In this document: piece after piece, positions 9,401 to 17,471 of the stretch
Position numbering within the stretch: position 1 is the first letter of the stretch
Layout: each line of letters opens with the position of its first letter
Assembly: GCA_024274785.1 (NCBI GenBank)
Contig: JAJSAM010000024.1
Span: forward strand, 27,880-91,879
Origin: Planctomycetota bacterium
Lineage (GTDB): Bacteria > Planctomycetota > JAJSAM01
Length of the DNA: 64,000 nucleotides
Reading direction: 5' to 3'
Notes under the pieces: generated by a model
What the model was told of the DNA's origin: nothing
The model's input: only the letters and a program-made list of their open reading frames with translations
Databases searched by the model: none
Translations under genes and position numbers: made by a program

Positions 9401-10459
9401 GTCGCCCTGGCGGAAGCCAGCCAGTTGGAGAAAGCCGCGGTTCTGAGTTCCGATCCCGCGAAGTGGACGAAGCTCGGCGTCTTTTTCGGGGAGAAGCTCG
9501 AGCAGGACGGTGACGTCATCGCTTTCCGGGAGGGTCGCGAATTCGCCAAAGCCATGTCGGCGGCGACATCCGTTCCGGAAGGCGATCTGCTGGCCGTCAA
9601 GGCCGCATACGAGGCGGCCCTCGACAAGGTGGGTACCGATACCAACGTCGCCAAGAACCGCACCGAGATGATCAAGGATGCCATCCGCCCCATCGATGGC
9701 GCCTTGCGGGAAAACTTCGAGGGTGAGGTCTCCCGGGCCGAGAACCTGGAGGGGCGGGGCGACTGGCCGGGGGCCTACGGGATCTATGATCAACTGCGCT
9801 CGAGCCAGGCGGCCGGCGCGGTGAAGAGCGACATCGCCAGGGACCTCGAGGTCGGGCGGATGTTCTGCCGGGCGATGATCGACGCCGGGGCGGAGGAGGG
9901 AAGTACCCGGCTGGCGAGCCTGCGGGCCGCGGTGCCTCTGATCGGCGACAGATCACGAATGCGTGGGATCCGGCTCGGGAAGATCAACGAGGCCAAGGCC
10001 GCCACGTTGAAGACGTGGATCGCGGAGATCGGCAGGAACGCCGGGGACGACTGGCGGTTGGCCTCGAGTGAGTATACGAAGGTCCTGGCGGACCCCGCGG
10101 TGAACGAGGATGCGAAGCTCAAGGCGGAGGTGCTTCGGCGGCAGCAGTTCGCCGAGACGTTGACCCAGGCCCAGACCCTCTACGAAAACGGACAATACGA
10201 GAAGGCCGTGCTCTTTCACGAGGACGCCAGGAAGACCCCGGATGCGAGCGCGGGTGACCTCGAGGCCGCCGAGACCGGCCGCCTGGCGGTGATCGCCGCC
10301 TGGAAGAAGAGCGTGAGGACCCGGATCCGGAGCGCCCGTGCGGGGGGGGACATTACCCCCGAGCAGTACTACGTGAAGATCATATCGGAGCTCGCGGACA
10401 TGTCGCGGGTCCTGGGTGTGGATCCGGAAACTCTCTACCGAGAGGTCACTGGAGACTAG
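6467..10459 (+). CDS. Ser/Thr protein kinase with N-terminal and central zinc ribbons, a long TPR region, one TM helix and a C-terminal domain
   Basis: Hanks kinase motifs (VAMKV, HRDIKPEN, DFGLAK, GTPHYMSPE). CxxC pairs at CPKCGG/CTHCGE and CPKCE/CRECG/CPHCG/CGECG. TPR-like helices, then the TM segment LLMVVASLAVLFLIQF. Confidence 0.85.
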   Translation: MADLSLNCPKCGGSVNVPIEEDVKEYVCTHCGEKNALHDNLGLMGGHYTDPLIGAVVSEWEIQEKVGEGGFGSVYRAYDKNLQRAVAMKVMLPSLTSNLEFVQKFIREAITAAQLNHPNIVGIHRVGRDEERNLHFLVMEFLEGKTLSDIIEETGEFAIDEAISIISQCSDALAVAHDKNIIHRDIKPENLMMDAAGTVKITDFGLAKTMSTDQKSTKVMGTPHYMSPEQFEGKAVDGRTDIYSLGVTFYYMLTKAQPYEGTNTVQIIYSILTQDPKPVMDLNPEVPEEIWRIIKKMIAKDSADRYENFREVRTDLSNFQDGSQSQKVVCPKCEVSNVRGRRFCRECGTSLQIRCPHCGSEEVAGTRHCGECGANVENLIQIRENLGRGEKLRAFGDLKRALGFYQEVLQLDPDHAEAHEATKAIRDDLLSIEAKKARVDALVEEGNAEGALAEVDGLMSNYPKIDEVKTYGQTVRRSLLHRVVDAHMLHAEQCLQKGELESALEAYQKALGVDPDRADVAEKQRDLKTRMAAMEQTLASAETALSDGRHEDALRAARDVLNLKPDHPRANEIQEEAKRFVDSVGGFVKEARELIERSDFIQAISRLEMAAEISPGDGSVQSLLAEAVRRRDAFDEKIGSARRLLADGSLDEAESEVKEALAERPDDAAALGLKREVDDLLASRAKHLENEALVKEGLDAEHQGDLERAKKCLNRALTRDPENDAAVIALDRLKSKITEAKRLRTVAQSHSDKGEFGLAAATLDELAELLPGDRSVLEEAEAAKQKQDGIDQALQHASQAVAAKNFDAALVAAEKVLAASPQNRPALNFQREAVRGKAAIEKHLEEARGLIESELFDDALALLEKAGELGATADSVERLRDAAEEGKVLLLKSEATRAFEFKDFKGAEERFSQIIELGKDDPDAVKGLKLAGKMIRRGERETVLPKLLMVVASLAVLFLIQFKALQGESTFDPVDPVQVALAEASQLEKAAVLSSDPAKWTKLGVFFGEKLEQDGDVIAFREGREFAKAMSAATSVPEGDLLAVKAAYEAALDKVGTDTNVAKNRTEMIKDAIRPIDGALRENFEGEVSRAENLEGRGDWPGAYGIYDQLRSSQAAGAVKSDIARDLEVGRMFCRAMIDAGAEEGSTRLASLRAAVPLIGDRSRMRGIRLGKINEAKAATLKTWIAEIGRNAGDDWRLASSEYTKVLADPAVNEDAKLKAEVLRRQQFAETLTQAQTLYENGQYEKAVLFHEDARKTPDASAGDLEAAETGRLAVIAAWKKSVRTRIRSARAGGDITPEQYYVKIISELADMSRVLGVDPETLYREVTGD

Positions 10460-10461
10460 CG

Positions 10462-12444
10462 ATGGCTGATCGAGGATCGATAAAGGTGACCGTCACCGGC
10501 GTCACCGACGTCGGTCGGGTTCGAGACCACAACGAGGATAACCTCCTGGTGGCCGACCTGACCGCGGAGGAGAGGCCGGGGAGTGGTCAGACCATCTCGC
10601 TTCAGTTGGGAGATCGCGGGCTCCTCCTGGCCGTCGCCGACGGCATGGGCGGAGCGGCTTCCGGCGAAATCGCGAGCGAGACGGACGTGGAAATCCTGTT
10701 CGAGACCTTCTCCGCGAAGGAAGTGACGGAGGGCTCCGCGGAGTCGGAGAAGATCAGCGCCGCTCTCGACGACAGCCTCCAGACCGCCAACACCCGGATC
10801 CACAACCGGGGGCTCGAGCAGGCGGAGCATCGGGGCATGGGCACGACCATGACCGCCGCATTCGTCTCGGGAGACTCGGTACACATCGCGCAGGTGGGGG
10901 ACAGCCGGGCCTACCTGCTGCGCAAGAACAAGCTCGTGCAGGTAACCAAAGACCAGTCCCTGATCTCGCAACTCATCGAAGACGGAACCCTGACGGAGGA
11001 GGAGGCGGAGAAGCTCGGGGGCCGGAACATCATCCTGCAGGCGCTGGGTGTGGAAGCGGACGTCAACGTCGAAGTGAAGAGCATGGAAGTGCTCGACGGC
11101 GACCTCCTGATGCTCTGCTCGGACGGACTTTCCGGCATGGTGAAGGACGCCATGATGGAGGAGAACCTGGCTTCGGCGGATGATGTCGGGGCGGCTGCGG
11201 AACGGCTCGTCAGCATGGCGAACGACGCCGGCGGCCGGGATAATATCACCGTCATTCTCGCGCGGTTCGAAGGACCCGGGCTTCGAGCCCCCATGAAGGC
11301 GATCGAGAGCAGGAGAAAAGGCGGAAGTCGCGGTGGACCGGCCCCCGTGGAGCGATTCGTCGCCCCGGAAACGCCCCAGGCAGAGCCGAAGCGGAGCAGG
11401 TCGCGAACTCTGCTCCTCGGCGGGATCGGCGTGATCGGGCTGGCGGTCATCGTGTTTCTCCTTTCCGGTGGCTCGAGCAGTGTGACCCTGGTCTTTCCCG
11501 CTCCCGGAGGGACGGCCACGATGACCCCGGCGGGCGGCGGGGGCGGAGGGCTCGTGATCAAGGCGGGACCCGGGGAAACGACGGTGGAGGTGACCGACCT
11601 CGAGCCGGGGAATTACATTCTCGAAGCTCGACTTGCGCACTACCAGCCCTTGACCGCCCGCCTGATTTCGGTGTCCCAGGGCGCCTCCCGACTGAAGGTT
11701 CCGTTCTCGCCTCTTCCCGGAAGGCTGACGCTCAAGACCGGGACGCCGCACGTGACGGTTGCGATCCTGGAGATCGATCCGTTCGAGCCGGATCATCCCT
11801 ATCGGGAGGTGATCGAGAACCTGGCGGACCTCGCGGACGGAATGACCATCGCGCGGGTTCCGGCCGGCCTCCTCGGGTTGAGCGTCTCCCGGCAGGGCTT
11901 TCGGCCTCGTGAACTCACCGTGACTCTCCCGCCCGAGGGAGACGAGACGGTGACCCTGCCCGAACTCGAACCCATCAACGGGATCCTGGTCGTCCGTTGC
12001 CCGGTGCCCGGGGCGCGCGTAACCGTACTCGACGAATTCGGCGAGGAGATCATCTCGAAGTCGGTGGACAGTGCCGGGAGCGCCCTGGAACTCGAGGTGC
12101 GGGTCGGCACTTCCCGCAACGTGAAAATCACGCACGACGAACACCATCCCTTCGAACAGGTCGTCGAGGAGATCGCCGAGGGCGGCCGCGTCGCGCTCGA
12201 TGTGGAACTGGTGAAGAAGGACGGCGGTGTGACCGTGACCGGCCCCGCGAACGGTATCCTGACCTTCAGGCTGAAAGGGTCGGACCAGGTCGTCCGGCGT
12301 TCGAGGATCGAGCAGTCCGGTTCGGTGATGGTGAGCCTGCCCCCCGGAGAATACGAGGTCGAGATGATCGACGGGGAGACCACCGAGAACCTGGAGGTCG
12401 TCGTTTCGGCTTCGAAGGAAGCCAAGGTGAGGTTCAGCGAATGA
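10462..12444 (+). CDS. PP2C-family Ser/Thr phosphatase with a TM helix and extracytoplasmic PEGA-like beta domains
   Basis: ATG 2 nt after the kinase stop. PP2C motifs (GRVRDHNEDN, LAVADGMGG, DGGRDNITVI). TM segment LLLGGIGVIGLAVIVFLL. C-terminal repeats carry LEPGNY/LPPGEY PEGA-like signatures. Confidence 0.8.
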   Translation: MADRGSIKVTVTGVTDVGRVRDHNEDNLLVADLTAEERPGSGQTISLQLGDRGLLLAVADGMGGAASGEIASETDVEILFETFSAKEVTEGSAESEKISAALDDSLQTANTRIHNRGLEQAEHRGMGTTMTAAFVSGDSVHIAQVGDSRAYLLRKNKLVQVTKDQSLISQLIEDGTLTEEEAEKLGGRNIILQALGVEADVNVEVKSMEVLDGDLLMLCSDGLSGMVKDAMMEENLASADDVGAAAERLVSMANDAGGRDNITVILARFEGPGLRAPMKAIESRRKGGSRGGPAPVERFVAPETPQAEPKRSRSRTLLLGGIGVIGLAVIVFLLSGGSSSVTLVFPAPGGTATMTPAGGGGGGLVIKAGPGETTVEVTDLEPGNYILEARLAHYQPLTARLISVSQGASRLKVPFSPLPGRLTLKTGTPHVTVAILEIDPFEPDHPYREVIENLADLADGMTIARVPAGLLGLSVSRQGFRPRELTVTLPPEGDETVTLPELEPINGILVVRCPVPGARVTVLDEFGEEIISKSVDSAGSALELEVRVGTSRNVKITHDEHHPFEQVVEEIAEGGRVALDVELVKKDGGVTVTGPANGILTFRLKGSDQVVRRSRIEQSGSVMVSLPPGEYEVEMIDGETTENLEVVVSASKEAKVRFSE

Positions 12445-13883
12445 CGGACCCCTTCGTCGGCACCCTGGTTGGCGGCAGGTACCAGATCTCCTCCCGGATC
12501 GGTGAGGGGGGGATGGGGCTCGTGTACTTCGCCGAGGATCAGGTCACTGGAGATCGGGTCGCGGTCAAATTCCTGCATCGCCATCTGCTTCAGAACAAGG
12601 AGTTCGTGGCGCGGTTCCGGCAGGAGGCGAAGTCCGCCGGGAGCTTCACTCATGAGAACGTGGTGCAGGTCCTCTCCGCCGGGGACAGCGATGACGGCGT
12701 CCCGTTCATCGCGATGGACTTCTGCCCCGGCCGGAGTCTTCTGACCTTCATCGAGGAAACCGCTCCGGTACCCTACGACCGGGCCTGTCGCATTGTCGAG
12801 CAGGTGTTGCGCGCCCTCTCCGAGGCGCACCGCAACGGCATCATCCACCGCGACCTCAAGCCGGACAACATCAAGGTGGAGACCCGCGACGACGGTACCG
12901 ACTTCGTGAAGGTCCTCGATTTCGGCGTCGCCAAGTTCATCGGCACCGAGGACATGTCCGAGATGAGCGGTGCGGTGAAGACCAAGACCGGCGTGGTCTT
13001 CGGCACCCCCAAGTACATGGCTCCCGAGCAGATTCTCGGGGATCCCGTGGACGGACGCTCCGACATCTACTCCGTCGGCGCCATCCTGTACGAGATGCTC
13101 TCCGCTCATCCGCCGTTCGAGTCCGATGACGTCATGGAGTTCGTCACCAAGCACCTTACCGAGCCGGTGATGCCCCTCCGGAGGAAGGCTCCGAACGTCT
13201 CCGTACCTCCCGGCCTGGAGCAGGTCGTCCTCGCGATGCTCGACAAGAACCGGGTGGCCAGACCGTCGCGGGCGGCTGAAGTGGCGGACACGCTCCTGCT
13301 CTACTCGCAGCCGGGGGCCGGGGCCGGTGAACGCGGTGCGGGTGCGCCGCGGTTGCAGATCGGACTGCTCCTCTACCTCGTTGCGGGTCTCCTGGGCGGC
13401 GCGGCCGCGTATCTCCTCGCTCCGGAACATGCCTGGCTCGGGGGGCTTACGGGCGTGGGGCTCGGCATCGCGTGCGTCGTGGCGTTCTTCCTGTTTCCCA
13501 AGGTCGGAGAAGGGGCTTTCTGGGTGCGTACCCTGATTGTGGCGCTCCTGCTCGCGGGTACGGGAGCGGCGGCCCACCTCTTCGCGGGGGAAGTGCGGCC
13601 GCTCGTGTACTTCTACCCGGTGTCCGCGTTCCTCGTCTTCGTGCTCTACGCGGTGGGCTGGGGGCGCCGCAAACGCCTCCCCGCGGTGATCCTGGCCGGG
13701 CTTTTGGCGCCGATCCTGATCCTGGTCCTGATGCCGTACCCGGAGGGCAATCGGTTTGTGACTTTCTGGTCCCTCGATGCTTACGATATGCGGTCTCTTA
13801 CCACCGGTCTGGCTCTGGCCGCCATTGCGGTGGTGTTTGCCCTCGTGACGCTCCTGGCTCCTCGTGCCCACCGGGGCTTGTGA
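12441..13883 (+). CDS. Ser/Thr protein kinase with a C-terminal polytopic membrane domain
   Basis: ATG overlaps the upstream stop (ATGA). Kinase motifs (GEGGMGLVYFA, VAVKF, HRDLKPDN, DFGVAK, GTPKYMAPE), followed by 4-5 predicted TM helices. Confidence 0.85.
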   Translation: MTDPFVGTLVGGRYQISSRIGEGGMGLVYFAEDQVTGDRVAVKFLHRHLLQNKEFVARFRQEAKSAGSFTHENVVQVLSAGDSDDGVPFIAMDFCPGRSLLTFIEETAPVPYDRACRIVEQVLRALSEAHRNGIIHRDLKPDNIKVETRDDGTDFVKVLDFGVAKFIGTEDMSEMSGAVKTKTGVVFGTPKYMAPEQILGDPVDGRSDIYSVGAILYEMLSAHPPFESDDVMEFVTKHLTEPVMPLRRKAPNVSVPPGLEQVVLAMLDKNRVARPSRAAEVADTLLLYSQPGAGAGERGAGAPRLQIGLLLYLVAGLLGGAAAYLLAPEHAWLGGLTGVGLGIACVVAFFLFPKVGEGAFWVRTLIVALLLAGTGAAAHLFAGEVRPLVYFYPVSAFLVFVLYAVGWGRRKRLPAVILAGLLAPILILVLMPYPEGNRFVTFWSLDAYDMRSLTTGLALAAIAVVFALVTLLAPRAHRGL

Positions 13884-13922
13884 GCAAAGTGCGATCGACG
13901 GATCCTTGTCTGGCGTAAAGAG

Positions 13923-13951
13923 TTGACCTCGACGATGGCATGGGATAGCTT
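13923..13951 (+). promoter_or_regulatory. Sigma70-type promoter candidate (TTGACC-N17-TAGCTT)
   Basis: ttgacc at 13923-13928 and tagctt at 13946-13951, about 60 nt upstream of the ATG at 14014. Confidence 0.35.
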
Positions 13952-14013
13952 CGGGCGATCCGAAGGAAGTCCCAGGGCCATGGAGTGATGGCTTGAACCC
14001 ATTGGAGGCACCC

Positions 14014-14886
14014 ATGTTCAGGCGTCTCGCATACGTTCCGATGATTCTCTGCCTGATAGCGACTTTCGCCTCTGCGGCGGAACTGACCATGGGGGGTGAA
14101 GGCGCCCTACTGAACGGGGCCGCGGTGGAAACGTATCCCGCGGCGCTCGCGGAAGGGGATCGGGTCGAAGGGCCGGCGACGGTGACGACGACTCTCGGTG
14201 ACACCATCAAGGTGGCGAAGGGCTCCGTTCTGGAGGTCAAGCCGGTGGATGGTGAGACGGAGTTGTTCTTCCTGCTGAAGGGTTTCGCCCGTGGCGAGAT
14301 CGGCAGCAAGACGAGCATCGCCCTCCCCGCGGGATGGCTCACCGGGCCCGCCGACGATACGGCAGCGTTCTACGTCGAGACCATCGACCCAGACCGCGGC
14401 TTCTTCCAGGTCAATGAGGGCAAGGGGCTGGTTTCCTACGGCATCTACCATGTTTTTCTCGGGGCGCGGCAGGCGGTCGAACTCGGCAAGAAGGGCGATC
14501 CCGACACGTTGGAGTTCTATACCCACCAGAGCAACCCCGGCACCGTGAAGATCGTGGCGGCCACCAGGGGGAAACTGGAGCTGACGCTTTCCGTCCCGAA
14601 GTCGACCCGCGGCATGCTCGAGCAGGTCGAGGGTGACGAATGGACGAAGGTTTCGAGCGATGCCTCCTCCTGGCAGGGTGGCAAGATCGGCATCGCCACG
14701 ATGGTGGACGGCGCGCCCGGCCAGGCCGGTTCGCTCGGTCCCGGCACGTTCGCCCGGATCAACAATGGCACCGGTGAAATCGAGTTCGGTTTCGTGGAAA
14801 TCGACTTTGCCATCGTCGAGAGAGCGATCTCTCTGACGAGCGAATTCCAGCTTCTCGCGGTCAGCAACTTCTTCGGCCTCGAGTAA
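14014..14886 (+). CDS. Secreted hypothetical protein
   Basis: ATG at 14014 is preceded by GGAGG. Signal peptide MFRRLAYVPMILCLIATFASA. No recognised catalytic motifs. Confidence 0.55.
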   Translation: MFRRLAYVPMILCLIATFASAAELTMGGEGALLNGAAVETYPAALAEGDRVEGPATVTTTLGDTIKVAKGSVLEVKPVDGETELFFLLKGFARGEIGSKTSIALPAGWLTGPADDTAAFYVETIDPDRGFFQVNEGKGLVSYGIYHVFLGARQAVELGKKGDPDTLEFYTHQSNPGTVKIVAATRGKLELTLSVPKSTRGMLEQVEGDEWTKVSSDASSWQGGKIGIATMVDGAPGQAGSLGPGTFARINNGTGEIEFGFVEIDFAIVERAISLTSEFQLLAVSNFFGLE

Positions 14887-14982
14887 CGATACAGTCCCGC
14901 AGGGCGTCGGACCGGGCTATTGGATACCGGGTTCGGTACTGAGGATGACCGTCAAGGTCCAATGAAGGAGACGGGGGTATTT

Positions 14983-16428
14983 ATGGGGCGGATGCTTGCG
15001 GTTATTACAGCGGCGGTCCTCATGCTGGGCCTCGCCACACCTGCCATGGCGCAGGACGGTGCGGCCCATGCCATCGATGACTTCGTCCAGCGCGGCTCGG
15101 ACTTCTTCGACAACAACCTGATCTTCGGCAAGATCCGGATCAGTCCCCGCCTGGACCAGAGGTTCATCTACGACGACAACATCTGGATGAACGATGCCAG
15201 CGAACCGCAGACCCGCGGTCGCCAGTGGGACTTCATCAGCAGCACCAAGGTCGGACTCTCTTTCGACCTCCCGGTGAACGAGGAGTACACGAAGTTCTTC
15301 AAGCGCTCGAAGGTGCGCCTGCTGACCTACGAAGCCGACTTCATGTGGTACTTCCGGAATACGGAAGTCAGCGACATCAACCATGATATCGGCACGTCCC
15401 TCTTCGCGTTCCTGTCCGACCTGACCAAAGCCAGCGGCGGCAAGCCGTACGGCTTCTTCTTCGACGTCAATGCGAACTATCGCATCATCATGAACCCGCT
15501 CGACCTGATTCAGCGTCCGCTCGGCCCGGCCCTGACCGGGGATCCGACGGGGATCCCGCTTGCTATCGGTGAGACCGATCGGTTGCAGTGGAAGCAGGCC
15601 AACGCCGAGGCCTATGTCGGCTGGAGAGGCAACTGGCTGGACATCCGGGCGGGGTACGAGTTCGAGTGGTACGAGTTCAAGGACGATTTCTACTCGCAGG
15701 CGGACCACCGCGAGCACACCTTCGTCGGTGAGATCGGGTGGAACCCCTGGTTCCACCCGCAGGGACGGATCTTCCTGAAGGGCAAGTACTCCGACCTTGA
15801 ATTCAAGACCGGGCTGCTGAACGGCGCCAACATCTGGGATGTACGCCTCGGTTTCGAGGGGCCGCTCTTCTCCAAGCGCTTCCGCTGGTATCTCGATGGC
15901 GGCGTCAAGGACTGGGAGAACCAGGCCGACGGTGGGTTCGTCTTCCGGAATGCCCAGGGTATCCCCGAGTTCCGGTCGAACCCCGACGACAGCGACTACA
16001 GCGGATTCGTCGGCAAGGGCCGCGTGGCCTTTACGCCCTGGCAGCAGCGCAAGACGATGTTCCAGCTCGAGGTCGCCCGGGACGTCAACTGGTCGGCGAT
16101 CGCGAACTATCGCGAAGACACCTATGTCATGCTGACGATCTTCGATGAGCTGATCCCGAAGAAGCTCGACTTCGACTTCGTCATCTCCTACAGCAAGCAC
16201 GACCCGTCGGATGGGCCCTACCGGCACCTGTTCGAGGTCGGCGCGGGTTTGACCTATCACCTGGTGCCCCAGGTGGACCTGACGATGCGCTATCTTTTCC
16301 GGAACCAGAGAAGCTTCGACGAGGTATCCGTCACCTTTGTCGGCCCGAATGGCGGCACCACGGATCTTGAAACCAACTCGAAGTTTCACCAGAACATCTT
16401 CTCCGTCGGCTTCGTGGTCTGGTGGTGA
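14983..16428 (+). CDS. Outer-membrane beta-barrel protein, candidate OM conduit for polysaccharide export
   Basis: ATG at 14983 is preceded by AAGGAG. Signal peptide ...LGLATPAMA. Alternating amphipathic beta strands. The C-terminus ...FSVGFVVWW has an aromatic OMP signature. Sits immediately upstream of the Wza-like gene. Confidence 0.6.
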   Translation: MGRMLAVITAAVLMLGLATPAMAQDGAAHAIDDFVQRGSDFFDNNLIFGKIRISPRLDQRFIYDDNIWMNDASEPQTRGRQWDFISSTKVGLSFDLPVNEEYTKFFKRSKVRLLTYEADFMWYFRNTEVSDINHDIGTSLFAFLSDLTKASGGKPYGFFFDVNANYRIIMNPLDLIQRPLGPALTGDPTGIPLAIGETDRLQWKQANAEAYVGWRGNWLDIRAGYEFEWYEFKDDFYSQADHREHTFVGEIGWNPWFHPQGRIFLKGKYSDLEFKTGLLNGANIWDVRLGFEGPLFSKRFRWYLDGGVKDWENQADGGFVFRNAQGIPEFRSNPDDSDYSGFVGKGRVAFTPWQQRKTMFQLEVARDVNWSAIANYREDTYVMLTIFDELIPKKLDFDFVISYSKHDPSDGPYRHLFEVGAGLTYHLVPQVDLTMRYLFRNQRSFDEVSVTFVGPNGGTTDLETNSKFHQNIFSVGFVVWW

Positions 16429-16496
16429 TCGGTTCGGTCGAAGGGAAGTAGGACGAACTCCCGGGTTTTTGTCTGCGACCGCACACCGCGGATAGA

Positions 16497-17471
16497 ATGC
16501 TGCCCATGCGATTCCCACTGATCGTTTTGCTCGTCATCACCCTGCTGGCCTCCTGCGGGTCGCCGCCGCCCACTCTTGCGCCGAAGAACGGAGGCATCGA
16601 GGGGCCGGTGTCGAAGGGGCCCACGCCGGAGGAACTCGAGCGTCTGCTCGGCAATGACGAGAAGGACTATCCGCTCTATCCCGGCGATCTCCTCCGGATC
16701 ACGGTCCAGGGCCACGAGGACCTCACGATCGAGCGGAAGATACCCGCGTCCGGCCGGATTCCCCTCTATGGACTGGATACCACCGATGCGGACGGCGGCA
16801 ATCCCCGGGTCACGGAGGTCGATGTCGCCGGACTCCGGCTGCCACAACTGGAGCAGAAACTCGCGACGCTCTACAAGCGGATCGTCAATCCTCCTTACGT
16901 GACGGTGAAGGTCGTGCAGTTCGCGCCGAAGGTGATCTATGTGGCTGGTGCGGTGGGTGGCCCGCGGGACTACCGGCTGCCGGATGAGACCCGGATCTCG
17001 CTGGTGCAGGCGCTGACGATGGCCGGGTGGTTCACCGAGGACGCGGCGAAGGACCGGGTCCGGGTGATCCGCGTGGATCCCCAGACCGGAGACCGGGTCC
17101 ACCTGCCGGCGATCGACGTGACGAAGATCATCTCGAGCGGCGACTCCGCCTGGGACATCCTGCTCCTACCCGGCGACACCATCACCGTCGACTCCCACGA
17201 GAGCAAGACCGTGTCTATCTTCGGACACGTGGAGCGTCCCGGCGAATATCCCTGGTCCCCGGGGATGACCCTGACGCGGCTGATCACCATCTCCGGCGGT
17301 CTCCGCACTTTCGCCAAGATGACGAACATCCGTGTCCTTCGGTCGGGGGTCGGTGGTAAAGAGGAGGATGGGGCCTACCACGTGGATCTGAAGGCCGTCC
17401 TCGACGGTGAAGAGCCGGACTACGAACTGGAGCCCGGCGACCGGATCTGGGTAGACGAGAGGTTCATCTAG
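16497..17471 (+). CDS. Polysaccharide export OPX protein (Wza-like, short form lacking the C-terminal OM-spanning helix)
   Basis: Lipoprotein signal LLVITLLASC. Poly_export motif YPLYPGDLLRITV. SLBB-like repeats. Ends without a C-terminal amphipathic helix. Confidence 0.8.
   Translation: MLPMRFPLIVLLVITLLASCGSPPPTLAPKNGGIEGPVSKGPTPEELERLLGNDEKDYPLYPGDLLRITVQGHEDLTIERKIPASGRIPLYGLDTTDADGGNPRVTEVDVAGLRLPQLEQKLATLYKRIVNPPYVTVKVVQFAPKVIYVAGAVGGPRDYRLPDETRISLVQALTMAGWFTEDAAKDRVRVIRVDPQTGDRVHLPAIDVTKIISSGDSAWDILLLPGDTITVDSHESKTVSIFGHVERPGEYPWSPGMTLTRLITISGGLRTFAKMTNIRVLRSGVGGKEEDGAYHVDLKAVLDGEEPDYELEPGDRIWVDERFI

Noticed and set aside
12441-13883. Second Ser/Thr kinase considered as a pseudokinase
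   Set aside because: The VAIK-equivalent Lys (VAVKF), the HRD (HRDLKPDN) and the DFG (DFGVAK) motifs are all intact, so it is predicted to be catalytically active.
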